Counted from the stretch's first letter, positions 1 to 11,574 are shown. The stretch is 64,000 bases of DNA from Felis catus (GCF_018350175.1 NC_058368.1:10726001-10790000); one strand, 5' to 3'. Notes: generated by a model from the letters alone, not told the origin. Made by a program: numbers and translations.

Positions 1-53
1 GGGCCTACATTTGTACCCTGGTTCTGGGCCCTACAAATGTTAATGAGGTCTTG
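1..53. mobile_element. Possible terminus of a MER91-like hAT MITE, cut by the window edge
   Basis: ctgggccctacaaatgttaa resembles the MER91-family end as I recall it; very short. Confidence 0.3.
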
Positions 54-1240
54 CTTCGTATTTCAACCTCTATACCTCAGTTTCCTGCTCCAGCTTGATT
101 CTGGCTTCCGGCTCCCAGCTCCGGAATCCTCTACTTAATGCCTAGTTGATATTCATTAATTCTTGGTAATGTCCTCAAGCCCCTCTACCGCTGACTTTGC
201 TTCTTAACTCTTTCTTACATATATGGCAGCTGAAATTGTCACCGGGCACCTCAAGTTCTATGTGTTCTGCCATATACCTTGATTAATACTGAAGAATATC
301 GTTTCTTTTTTCCCCCCTCCACCTAATCACCAAAAAAGTTTTTATGGGCTTTCTAATTAGTCAAAGAAACATCTACAAGATGAAGCATTGTAAGATCAAG
401 AGCTATCCATCTCTTTAATGACCTGGATGGGCCAAGAGAAAACAAACCCCGTTATCAAGAGTCTTTCCCAGATAACACATCACAACAAATACTTTAAAGT
501 TAAGTTTTCATTACTTGGTGCATCTGAAAGTTGGAGAAAATCCCTGGGTTGATTTGCAGGGAGACGGAAGCTTAAGGGAAAATGCTGAACATTACATAAA
601 AGAAATTTGGGCTCAACAATCTAATCTCACCGCAAATAAGTAATTTCCCACTAGCTCTGGGCACCTGAAATAATAGAAAATACTGAAGAAAGAATCAGAA
701 AAATGATTTAACATATATATATTAATTTTCTCCTTTAAAAGTTTGAAGGATTATTAAGATTAAACTATTTTCATGCTAATGGCAGGATTCATGTTCATGA
801 GAGAACAGTGTTAAACATCTTGATGACTTTCTCCACTGAGGAAGAAGAATGTGGTCTGAATAGGTTAGGGAAAAAAGTGGAGAGGTGGGTGTGGGATTTT
901 TGAAGTTCCAGAAGCAGTCTGGGAAGGAAGAAATGGAAGTCAAGCTGGGAGGCAGATCAAGGACTGAGGATGAGTAGCAGCCAGCAAGAAATCCCCTGAG
1001 GTGGGAAGGGAGAGAATATCAGCAGTGCTGAGAGGGATCGGAGACTAAGATTTAACTGCAAATTTTCTCCTATGCTTTGCAATATTATTCTCCTGTTCTT
1101 CCCTCTAGAAACTTTTGAATAAAATATTTCTACAGGAAACTGTTTGGTATAAGTAATCTTTGTGGGAATCAAGAGTGAGAAACCATGCATATTTATAATA
1201 TAAGGTGAGAAGCAAATATCAATCATAAGAGAGAAACACA

Positions 1241-1428
1241 GGGCACCTGGGTGGCTCAGTCGTTTAAGCCCTTGATTTCAGCTCAGGTCACGATCTCAGA
1301 GTTGGTGGGATTGAGCCCCATGTCTGTCTCTGTGCTGGCAGGGTGGAGCCTGCTTGGGATTCTCCCTTTCTCTCTCTCTGTCCCTCTCCTGCTTGTGCAT
1401 TCTCTCTTTCTCAAAATAAATAAATAAA
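1241..1428 (+). mobile_element. Can-SINE, older subfamily
   Basis: gggcacctgggtggctcagtc tRNA-derived head, (CT)n tract, aaaataaataaataaa tail. Confidence 0.93.
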
Positions 1429-2082
1429 CCAAGAGAGAGGGGAGGGGGGGGGACCACAAATGAAATGGAAAATTCTACAGAGGCAAGAAATAAGGTCTGA
1501 CTTAGAGAAACATAATCTCCTTGAGAATCCCTGGAAACACTGGTGGCAATGCTCTGTTTCCCATCATTTGTGGGACAAGTGCCAAGCTATCTAAGTATGC
1601 ATGCTGAAGGGAAGATGATTCTGCAAGGCTGGAGGATTTGGGGACATCACATGATGGTACCTAGGCCATTCTTACAAGTTCAAGCTGTCTATAATCTGCA
1701 GATTTTTATGGAGACAGTACATATAGAATTAATTAGAAATTATTAATTATTGAGTAACGGATATGATGTATTTATATGGGCATTAGTCAAAAGGTGTTGT
1801 ACATTTTCTCTCTTCTCAGCATCACACCTGTGCCGTGAGAAACACAAGAGACATGCCAGAGACTGTTCCTGCTGCACAGGAGGTAAAAAAAAAATCATTC
1901 AGTCACAGGAAGCATTAAGAGGACTGGGCGCTCAGTCATGGGCTGTAAAGGTCATGGGAATTCAAAGAAAGAAAAGATCAGCTGAGATGCAAACATCCAG
2001 AGAGGATGAGCTGTAGCCGAGGGAGGGCTAGGCCCGAACAGGGGTATGGGGGAGAGGGTGACCCTCTGGGTTGAGGAAAGAG

Positions 2083-2085
<3 letters not shown>

Positions 2086-2118
<33 letters not shown>
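2086..2118. repeat. (CA)n microsatellite
   Basis: Directly visible. Confidence 0.97.
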
Positions 2119-2122
<4 letters not shown>

Positions 2123-2333
2123 CACAGATGCAGGAATTCAGAATGGCAAGAGTACCATATGCACTACAAAGCAAATGAGTTGACCTGAGTAGATGGTTCT
2201 TCCCCACGGGGGCAGTTCTGAGATGCTGTTGCTTGTGGGGAAAGAGAAGATACCAGAGAACTTTGAAAGACCAGGCTGGGGACAATGTATATTATTGAGC
2301 CACGTGAAGGAAATTTAATAGGTGGTATTTGAT

Positions 2334-2425
2334 TTTAAGTAAACTCTATGCCCAACATGGACTTGAACTTAAGACCCCGAGATCAAGAGTCACAGGCTCT
2401 TCAAACTAAGCCAGCCAGGTGCCCC
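2334..2425 (-). mobile_element. Short old Can-SINE (tRNA-like head only)
   Basis: Reverse complement begins ggggcacctggctggcttagt; diverged flanking repeat aataggtggtattt / aataaatggcattt. Confidence 0.8.
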
Positions 2426-2622
2426 AATAAATGGCATTTTAGAAACATTTGCCTAACAGCAGGCGGTAGAGATATAAATGAGAAACCAGAGGCAGGAAGG
2501 AAACAGTGGCCCCAGTTAGACACGAGCAATGTGTGACCAGACCGGATTGTGGGATCACAGTGTAGTCAAAGAGTTTTGAGATCTAGAGATTTTTTTCACA
2601 TTTTCAACCTAACTCTATTTTA

Positions 2623-2847
2623 TTATTTTTTTTTAATTTTTTTTCAACGTTTATTTATTTTTGGGACAGAGAGAGACAGAGCATGAACGGGGGAGGGGCA
2701 GAGAGAGAGGGAGACACAGAATCGGAAACAGGCTCCAGGCTCTGAGCCATCAGCCCAGAGCCCGACGCGGCGCTCGAACTCACGGACCGCGAGATCGTGA
2801 CCTGGCTGAAGTCGGACGCTTAACCGACTGCGCCACCCAGGCGCCCC
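2623..2847 (-). mobile_element. Young felid SINE (SINEC_Fc-type)
   Basis: Near-consensus and CpG-rich; TSD tcaacctaact(c/t)tatttta at 2604-2622 and 2848-2866. Confidence 0.97.
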
Positions 2848-4100
2848 TCAACCTAACTTTATTTTAAAGCCCTCCCCATATAAAGACACACCATTTAAGA
2901 GACCCAGCGCTAGTTTAAGCTGCTTTCAGTCTGACAGAAGTCTCCATCCAATGTTGTAATAGAAACCCCTTTAAAGAAATCCACTTCCCATTTTTGATAA
3001 CTTTCAGGCTTTCTCATAAGCCTTAACAAGACAACCTATTTCCTACAGGACTCATGTATTATATACATTTTATAGGGAAAGTGAAGATTCATTATTATTT
3101 TATCTTTGTGGCTTCTACAGTCACAGAGTGTGTGAGATGATGACAAGGTATGATGTCAGGTGTCCTGATGAAAACAGACTCGTGGTGGTGGCCGGGCTGG
3201 TGACAGCTGTGGTGGGTTTGCGTGTTATCGAAGATTTGATGAATGAAGACAAAATGTATAACTAGTATTGTTTAAGTGATTGTGACATAATTTATACTCC
3301 AACTGCGAAACTCAAATAAACCAATAAATCCAGGCCAATGGCAAGGAAATCCCAGATGTTGGACCATTCTGCAAACCAAGTACACGGGCGTCAATGAATT
3401 TATGATCTCTCTCTCTCTCTCTCTCTGACTCCTTTCTCCCATTTCGGAGATTAGTTCCTCTCTTTAATTCTATCCCACAAAATGTGTAAGCTAAAACTGC
3501 CTTACAAACCTTCTTCATCATCAATCCTCAGATTAATTTCAGCATTTGAAAATGCTAAGATGCCAGAACTTAAAAAAAATACGACTTTCCTGTCTGTTTT
3601 ATTAATCACTAGTATCTTTGTCTCCACAGATAAGTGCAACATTAATCAGAGATTCAGGGAAGGCTTTTCCATGTTGATTTAAGTGGGTTTCTGGGGTCAC
3701 TTACAAAAAAGCATAAACCATTCGCTCATTATTCTGTAGACACGGAGTTGCTAAAAGGTTATTTCTCATTTTCTGATCTTATCATTCAAGCTATAGTTTT
3801 AGTCCTTAATTAAAGAGGGATTAGGAAACACAGCAGCTTCTCATTTATAGGAAAAATAGGCTTTACTTATATTTACATGAAATTGTTTTAAAAATGCAAA
3901 TAGTACAAGGCCAAGGAAAATTTGAAAATGTATCAAGTGCACCCAAGTCTCACAGAATATCTCACAAATAAATGAAGAAAACTTTCATGGAGATATTAGC
4001 TACAGACTTCTGTTTTAGGTTTAACAAAGCTAAGTCTCAGGATGCTAGCTTCTTCTCTTTGGCTGTCAAATCTGTAACTTGGGTATCGCTGATGAATTAC

Positions 4101-4133
4101 CTAAAGCAGCCGGGTCTCCAGCAGACACAGTTG
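4101..4133 (-). other. Candidate 33-nt internal exon
   Basis: Minus strand tatctttactccag|CAAC...TTTAG|gtaatt; splice motifs only, no homology support. Confidence 0.25.
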
Positions 4134-5029
4134 CTGGAGTAAAGATAATTTAATAAGTACAACTGCATGAAAATTGTTAAGTACAAGCATTCATCACTAA
4201 CTACCAGTAGAATTTCTGTCTCATTTCTAATGAAGAGTACAGAGGGAGGATTGTTTATCTCTAGGAATACGTTTAATTAAAAGTTAACGGAAATAGTTTT
4301 CGGTTCTGCCTAGAAAAACTTTGATGACTTTTCATTTTGTCCAACTTCAGTTCCGGCACTATCTTTCTCATGAGCCTCACTGAGTCCTCCCTGGGAGGGT
4401 GTTCTATCCTGTCTTATGGTCTATAAACCCAAGCAGCTCAGAGAGTTGCCCGGAATCAGAGATGAGTGCCTTCCCCATGGTTTTGTGCAAGACCCTGAGA
4501 CATGGCTTCTGCAGACTTTAAATCATTGTTCAGATCAATTAGGATTTCACAGGGTCGCTATCAGAGATGGTTCCCACACGTTCGTGTTCCTAGAAATACC
4601 TATCACAACACCTGTAGTTGGTCCTGAACAAATGCTTAGGGGGCAGAGTGGTCAATGCAGGCTTTTATGTGTATGTGGCTTCTGGTCTTTGGGGGTTTTT
4701 TTGTTTGTTTTTGTTTAGTTTTGTTTTTTGATTTTCTCTACACATAGGAGCAAGGGATTGCAATAAGTGATTAGAATAATTTGATACACAATGACACATA
4801 AAATTACCTACTGGGTAAGCCTTCAACACCAAGGTCATCTTTGGTTATAGGGCAGAATCGTCAGGGATTTTGAGGGACTTTTAATCTTTGCCAAAGGCCC
4901 AAGTGATTCACAATTAGATTCTTGCTCTCTCCGTGTGATTTTAATCTTGACTTATTTGCCTACTTATGGGAAAAGAAAAACAAGCCCAGAAGCCCGGAAG
5001 ACTGATAATACTTCAATTCTATCTTGATT

Positions 5030-5205
5030 AGATATGGCTCTGCTGCATGACGCTGGGTAAATTACTTGACTTCCACATGGCCTGAGTTTCTCATTTGAAA
5101 ATGGGGATGATAATATTACTTAAAGCAGAGGATACTGTGAGGATTGAAGGAGGTATGTACTATACCTAGACAGTGGAGGGTACATAATAAATTGTATATA
5201 ATTAT
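5030..5205 (+). mobile_element. MIR SINE relic
   Basis: Core motif gggtaaattacttgac...gagtttctcatttgaaaatggggatgataata. Confidence 0.8.
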
Positions 5206-5224
5206 CAGCCATTTGGTATCAAGC

Positions 5225-5418
5225 TTTTGTAAATGTTTGTTTATTTCTGAGAGAGAGAGCAGGAGAGAGGCAGAGAGAGAAGGAGAGAGAATCCCAAGCA
5301 AGCTACGTGATGTCAGCATAAGGCCCGATGCAGGGCTCCATCTCATGAACCATGAGATCATGACCTGAGCTGAAATCAAGAGTCAGATGCTCAATCAACT
5401 GAGCCACCCTGAAGACTC
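5225..5418 (-). mobile_element. Can-SINE, older subfamily
   Basis: (GA)n tract, gagatcatgacctgagctgaaatcaagagtc, actgagccaccc. Confidence 0.93.
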
Positions 5419-5466
5419 TATTGGGCTTTACAGTACGATGGATGCCGGGGAGAATAATTCACTTAC

Positions 5467-5499
5467 CAAGTTATCCAGGAGAGGTAAATTCCAATAACA
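5467..5499 (-). other. Candidate 33-nt internal exon
   Basis: Minus strand ttttttcttttacaag|TGTT...CTTG|gtaagt; strong donor, uncommon AAG acceptor. Confidence 0.25.
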
Positions 5500-5622
5500 C
5501 TTGTAAAAGAAAAAAATTTTTTTACAAATCTATAATTATTGAACTATTCTAAAATTTAGGGGGATTGGTGGTATATTGAACTGGAGAAAAAAAATTCCAG
5601 GTAGAGTCGCTGTCGACAATGC

Positions 5623-5750
5623 CTTAGAACAGTGATTTTCAACCTTGGTTCATGTGAGAATCCCTTGGGGGAGCCTGTTAGCTGCATAACGGGGGCCCAG
5701 GCTTCTGCATTTTTGAGAAAATCCCTGCTTGAGTCTGATGTACAATGAAG
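5623..5750. mobile_element. MER5-like hAT-Charlie MITE fragment
   Basis: cagtgattttcaaccttgg terminus and ctgcatttttgagaaaatccc...tctgatgtaca motif. Confidence 0.6.
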
Positions 5751-6095
5751 ACAGAAAGACACAGAATGAAAGGGGAGCCAAGATCTGGGTGTGGGGTGAA
5801 AATGGGAGTCAGATAAACTGCTCAGGCATTTGGAATCTGTGAATTTCACTCAGCATTACCAAGCCACAAACTAGACTAATCCATTCAACTCAGATGAATC
5901 CATCAACTTGTACTGTATGTTTCTGTTTGGAGTTCACATTTAAAAGGTGTTTATTTTCAAATCTACTATAATCTTTTGCCATAGGGTGAGGGGTTTCTAT
6001 AAAGGAAAGCCCTAGGCAGGAACTCTTGCCTCACGAGTGTTACTTTCAAGACTACTAACACATCCCATTTTCTTATGGTTAGATGCCATATAGAA

Positions 6096-6097
<2 letters not shown>

Positions 6098-6137
<40 letters not shown>
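6098..6137. repeat. (CA)n microsatellite
   Basis: Directly visible. Confidence 0.97.
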
Positions 6138-6138
<1 letters not shown>

Positions 6139-6691
6139 TACATTCTGAGTCTTTTGGCAATAGATGTTTCAAAATACTGGGGAACAAAAATCAAAATAAG
6201 CCTGAGATTTAGTCTATCCCCCGACCCCACCCTTCTCTTTTGTTCAACCACTTTGGTAGGATGAGGCAGAGACAAAACAAGAAAAATGTTTAACTTGGTG
6301 AGTGAGTAAATTCAAACCTTCACAAAGTTTGAAAGCCTGAACCAGATTTCTGAACTTTTACAAGTGAAACTGTGAGATTAAAATAACTTGTCTCCTTTCT
6401 TGGGATCAGGCCCCAGCCCAAAGGCAAAGTGAGTTTTCCTGAAAACGTGATCAAAATCAGTTACGTCAAAAGGCCAGGCTTTGAAAATTGTGGCGAAAAC
6501 CTGACACCAGGCATATTCACTTTCTATTTATTTGAAAGAGCGGGTCAGAATACGGGAAGACTTGAAAGTGGGGATCTTGTTATCTTTTGAAATTTGGTCT
6601 TATCAAACTCCCAGAATGGAGCTACTTCCTAAGACTCTATGTTCTCTATTTTAGCTCAACTTATTCACGTCTCTAACCAAGTAAGCCAAGA

Positions 6692-7160
6692 CAGCAGTCC
6701 CCCCTTATCCACAGGGGATGCATTTCAAGAACCCCCCACCCCAGCCCATGGATGCCTGAAACCATGGATAGGACCAAACCCTACATATATTATGTTTTTT
6801 CCTATATATATACATATACCTACGATAAAATTTAATTTATATATTAGGCACAGTAAGAGATGAACAATAATAACTAATAATAAAATGGAACAATTATACT
6901 GTCACAACAGTTATGTGAATATGGTCTCTCTCTCTCAAAGTATCGAACTGCACTGTCTCACCCTTGTTCTTGGGATGATAAAATGCCTACGTGATGACAG
7001 GAAGTGAGATGCATGACAGAGGCACTGTGACTTAGTGTTAGGCTGCTATTGACCTTGTGAGGACATGTCAGGAATAGGATGATGCTTCTAGACTGCAAGT
7101 GACCACAGATGGGTAACTGAAACTACAGAAAGCAAAACCACAGATAAGGGAGGACTGCTG
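6692..7160. mobile_element. MER44-family (TcMar-Tigger) non-autonomous DNA transposon
   Basis: Terminal inverted repeats cagcagtccccccttatc / gataagggaggactgctg; TA on the right flank. Confidence 0.88.
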
Positions 7161-7736
7161 TACCATATTTTTAACACGCTTTTGTTTCCTCTCCAATTTG
7201 TGATAGGATTTTGAATTCTTATATCTATTAAGTTGCACTGAAAATTTAATTGTTATTTTAAATTCGTATGTGTTGGACTATTTCTGGACTACTTATTTTG
7301 TGACATTGATTTATATCCTTATTTTTGCATTAGTATCAAGCCTGGTAATTGTATTTCTAAGGTGTATTTTAGTATGGGACAAGATGACTTCCTAACCTCC
7401 CTCTTCCTTTTCAGAATATACTTGGCTATTTTACCTATTTCCTAACCTAGTATTACTTCAAATGATCAACAGTGTTTAAAAACTTGTTAAGATGACTCCC
7501 ACAAGAGACTTATAAATTATTTTAAGAACAATGAACGTTTTCATTATTACACCTGCCAATCAGAAAACAGGGAGCACTTCTGCAGTTTTTAGTTGCTTAT
7601 ACCTCTCAGTAAGGTTTAGTTTTCTTATTGTTTAGATTTCTGGCCACTTGGTGATTTTTGGTGCCATAGTAAAAGGCCTTTTCTAATTAGTTATTGTTGG
7701 CATAAATGAATTTCCTCTTTATGCAACTATATATTG

Positions 7737-7939
7737 TTTTAATGTTTATTTTTGAGAGAAAGAGAGAGTGAGAGCAGGGGAAGGGCAGCAGAGAGAGAGG
7801 GAGACACTGAATCGGAAGCAGGCTTCAGGCTCTGAGCTGTCAGCACAGAGCCCAATGTGGGGCTTGAACCCAGAAACTGGGAGATTGTGACCTCAGCTGA
7901 AGTCAGATGCTTAATCCACTGAGCCATCCAGGTGTCCCC
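7737..7939 (-). mobile_element. Can-SINE (felid type)
   Basis: gagacactgaatcggaagcaggcttcaggctctgagctgtcagc body; ends caggtgtcccc. Confidence 0.95.
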
Positions 7940-8170
7940 AACCATATGGTTTGAGAATAACTGACAAGTTTCTCTTTCAATAAATGTATCTCTTATTTCT
8001 GTTCTGCCTCTTGCATCACCTAAAACCTCTGGAACATGTTGGATAATAAGACTCTAGCACGCGTCTTGGTTTTATTCTGAGTTTCACTGGAACTTCTTCT
8101 AGCATTTCAACTCTGATGTTGCCTATGGCTTTAAAGTAGATATTATTTATATTTTCTTGCATAAAACTAC

Positions 8171-8697
8171 CTTGGACAGTCAGCCTCCAAGATTTCCCAA
8201 ATGATTCTTGCCTACTGGTATTCACACCTCTGTGTAGTCTCCTCCCATTGTGAAGAAGACTGACACACATAACGAACAAGGATATGATAGAAATGATGTT
8301 TTGGGACTTTGGGGTTCGTAGAAGGCATGGGACTTCTGCCTGGTTACTGGGGCTTCTTCCCTGAGGACTCACTCTGAGGGAAGCCAGCTGCCGTGCTGTG
8401 AGGATACCTATAGTGGTGAGAAGCCGAGGCCTCCTGTGAACAGGCAGCACTAACCTGCGAGGCCTGTGAGTAAGCCACCATAGAAGCAGATACTCTGGCC
8501 CCAATCTAGCCTTCAGATGACGGCAGCCCTGGCTGATACCTGGAATGCAGCCTCATGAAAGACCCAGAGCCAGAATCCCCCAACTAAGTCACTCCTGAAT
8601 TCCTGACCTGCAAAAACTTTGTGAGATAATAAGTGCTTATTGTTTTAAACTGCTAGTTTTGGGGTAACTTGTTATGTAGCAATAGATAGCTAACACA
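8171..8697 (+). mobile_element. MLT1F-like ERVL-MaLR solo LTR
   Basis: gccttcagatgacggcagccctggctga motif and 3' end gttatgtagcaatagatagctaacaca. Confidence 0.85.
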
Positions 8698-8910
8698 CTT
8701 CCAAAATTAAATTTAGAAGAAGTGAAGCCAGTAATGATAATAATTCTATTAAATGCCTTTTCAATATCAACTGAGATGATTCATTTTTGTTTGATCTAGC
8801 AAAGTGATGTTTTATTTCATTAGCTTGCCTAATATTAATCCATTCTTTTCTTTCTAGATAAGATCTTCTTAATTGTGGCAGATTATTATGTTAGTATACT
8901 CTCTAATTTC

Positions 8911-9123
8911 TTTTCTTTTTTTTAATGTTTATTTATTTTTGAGAGAGAGACAAAGCCTGAGCAGGGGAGGGGCAGAGAGAGGGGGGAGACACAGAATCTG
9001 AAGCAGGCTCTAGGCTCTGACCTGTGAGCACAGAGCCTGACGTGGGGCTCGAACCCACAAACAGTGAGATCATGGCCTGAGCCGAAGTCGGTTGCTTAAC
9101 CTACTCAGCCACCCCGGCGCCCC
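8911..9123 (-). mobile_element. Can-SINE (felid type)
   Basis: Typical body; flanking tctaattt repeat. Confidence 0.95.
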
Positions 9124-9997
9124 TCTAATTTTATTTTCCAGTGGTTTATTTAGAATTTTCTGTATGCATTTTCTTAAATGAGATTGGCCTATACCTTTCT
9201 TTCTACTAAAATAGAGATTATCTTACTTTTTATGAAATCATTTGGTATTTTTTCTTCTATACCAAGTTATAATTTAAAGGGAATCATCTGTATTTTGAAA
9301 GGAAAACCTCACAGTCCAGGAACCTTGGTTGTGCTTTCTTTGATAACTTGTTCAAACCCCTTCCTAGTTATGGGTCTGTGAAGCTTTTCTACTTGAATCG
9401 ACCTTTAAAGTTCAGGTGTTACAGAAAATACTAACTAACCCACTCTGGTTATTAGCCTATATATTTGCTGTTGGCATTAATTTCTTATGGTTTAAAAAAA
9501 ATCTGCCTGAAATAAAAAAAAATGTAAAGAAACTGAATCCACGAGCAGAATTAAACACCCAATGGGAGGGTATGTCCTCTATAGTAGAGACTTCTTACAG
9601 TGTGTCCTCCATAGTAGAAACTAGCCTGGAGAATGATTGAACTCTTTTACCCAAGTGGAAATGTATCCAACATACGGGTGAAAGGTGCAGACGGAAGTGG
9701 ATCAACAGAATCCAGGGAAAGCTGGGAAGCTCAATTAAGGAGAAAGCATGCTTGTAAGTCCCGCATGCCACTCCCCAAAGGAACAAGGTTTTGCTATTGA
9801 CAGGCGAAGTAACTTACAAGACACATTAGGCCACTGAGAGAAGTGCCTGAATAGGTAGCTAGCATACCCACCGCTAGGAGGTACCAAATTCGAAGTGGAA
9901 AATATTCCGGTTACATCCCCTTTCAGGAATAGCGATATTTACCCCATTCCTGTCCTGTCAGCATTCTGCTCACTGCTCAGTCCTGGCTACAGCTTAC

Positions 9998-10149
9998 ATC
10001 ATGTTCATTATTCTCCCTATCTTCGTTGAACGGAAATAAAGGTTTCACCCTCGCCTGTGAGTTTAGAGCTATTCCCTTTCTGAGTGGCTTGAATCGACTG
10101 AACTTTGCCACTTGCTCAGCACTTGGAGCTCTGTTGAGAAAGGTTTTTT
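9998..10149 (-). other. Candidate first exon (152 nt) of an unidentified minus-strand transcript
   Basis: Starts at a TCA initiator 31 nt after TATAAAAG; first ATG at 10008 (A at -3); ends GAT|gtaagc. Confidence 0.4.
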
Positions 10150-10204
10150 GACAGCTAGCACAATTGTCCTCTCTTTTATAACATCCTGACAATTCTATCA
10201 AAGG
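10149..10204 (-). promoter_or_regulatory. Candidate Pol II core promoter: TATA box plus TCF/LEF motif
   Basis: TATAAAAG at 10180-10173; CTTTGAT at 10203-10197 overlapping TGATAG; non-repeat context. Confidence 0.45.
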
Positions 10205-10239
10205 AAAAGCTCACTTCAAACATAAGTTCCCTGCCACAT

Positions 10240-10285
10240 ACACAGACACACGTGCGTGTACACACACACACACACACACACACAC
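10240..10285. repeat. Interrupted (CA)n alternating purine-pyrimidine tract
   Basis: cacacgtgcgtgtacacacaca... Confidence 0.93.
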
Positions 10286-11164
10286 AGGCTTGTTTAACAG
10301 GCACTTGGGAAAGACTTATGCTCCTTTGCTTTGTTTCATGTCATGTCAAATGAATTTTCACACAGAATACACACTCCAGAAATATTCCAATCCTGTAGTT
10401 CCACTTATATTGGCTTCTGCAACAACTCCTTCCCCACCAAAAAAAAAAAAAAAAAAGACATCACCTTCCCCTGTGGCTTCAGTGGACTGGCTGGCCGTGA
10501 CCACTGGTGATCGAAGCTTCTCTAGTCCTCAGCCGTGACAGCATTTGGACTCTTTTTGGTCTAGTCTTTGAAAGCTTTCTTGTTTCACTAGCTTGTCAGT
10601 GATACATCCTCCTATGCTTTGCTCACAGCTGCAGTGGAAATGTAACACTACTCTTCCCCTTGGCTAAGTGTTTTCCTAAGGGCACGGGCAATAAGGCTCT
10701 CCTTTGCTCCTAAGGCTCAATACCATCAAGAAGTCACTGTTTTACCTTTCAAGACCAAGGGATGGTTACAAAAATTAGAAATTTAGGGGTCTTGTGATAA
10801 CCACAATAAATGCCTATTAGTTTCTTAAGCCTCCCACCATCCCCTAAGAACTTGAAATGCTGACACTCCACGCTAGATCTTTGCTATGGCTCTTTAAGAA
10901 TTTCCTTAAAGATTCTGGGTGTGTTTCCTCACCATCTCTTACCACTCAGCTTGGTTGGAATTCTTTTTGAGGAACTACCCGTTTTAAACCGCCTGCTGCT
11001 GCAAACCCATATTAAATCGTCTCTCTGTAGAAATAACTTTTCTCCTCTTCCAGGTACAAATAATGTGCCTGAGTTTTGGCTATTATCATTCCTTAATGAA
11101 AACGTCCTTGTGATTGAGATTTTTAAAGTATTCTCCATGTAACAATGAAGCAAGTCCAGGAGGA

Positions 11165-11340
11165 ATGTGGTGTATCCGAAAGAACAAAGAACATGGACTT
11201 TGACCTCCTGACCAGGCAAGTGTCCTGGGGGAGTTTACATCCTCTCTTGAATCCTGCATTTCCAGGACTGTAAAATGGGATGATGATAATACCTACCTCA
11301 TTAAAAAAATACAAAATGGTTCACTCAAAAGTGTTTTATA
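11165..11340 (+). mobile_element. MIR relic
   Basis: ctgtaaaatgggatgatgataatacctacctcat core. Confidence 0.75.
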
Positions 11341-11352
11341 GAATGTAAAACA

Positions 11353-11574
11353 GGGGCGCCTGGGTGGCGCAGTCGGTTCAGCGTCCGACTTCAGCCAGGT
11401 CGCGATCTCGCGGTCCGTGAGTTCGAGCCCCGCGTCGGGCTCTGGGCTGATGGCTCAGAGCCTGGAGCCTGTTTCCGATTCTGTGTCTCCCTCTCTCTCT
11501 GCCCCTCCCCCGTTCATGCTCCGTCTCTCTCTGTCCCAAAAATAAAAATAAACGCTGGAAAAAAAAAAAAAAAG
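11353..11574 (+). mobile_element. Young felid SINE (SINEC_Fc-type)
   Basis: Near-consensus with intact poly(A); TSD ta(g/a)aatgtaaaaca at 11339-11352 and 11575-11588. Confidence 0.97.

Larger units (their letters stand above)
7170..9480 (-). mobile_element. Ancient decayed L1 fragments interrupted by two SINEs and an LTR
   Basis: T-rich sequence with antisense L1 ORF2-like motifs; no ORF; boundaries approximate. Confidence 0.55.

Noticed and set aside
220..276. Possible pre-miRNA hairpin (tatatggcag...ctgccatata)
   Set aside because: Only a 10-bp stem with a poorly paired interior; matches no miRNA I recognise.
2661..2867. Recurrent ORF family (e.g. GQRETEHERGRGRERG..., REFEPRV..., SVSPSLS...)
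   Set aside because: Translations of Can-SINE sequence, repeated wherever a SINE sits; not genes.
8016..8504. 162-aa ORF
   Set aside because: Lies largely antisense within an MLT1F-like LTR and starts at TTG; chance frame.
9818..9833. 16-nt minus-strand micro-exon (ctctcag...gtaagt)
   Set aside because: Very short and frame-shifting relative to the preferred model; a similar donor occurs on the plus strand near 9754, showing such motifs arise by chance.
9977..10201. 74-aa minus-strand ORF
   Set aside because: Starts at TTG upstream of the candidate TATA box and runs through the donor; better read as promoter plus 5'UTR.
11353..11430. tRNA-like A/B boxes
   Set aside because: These are the tRNA-derived heads of Can-SINEs, followed by SINE body and tail.
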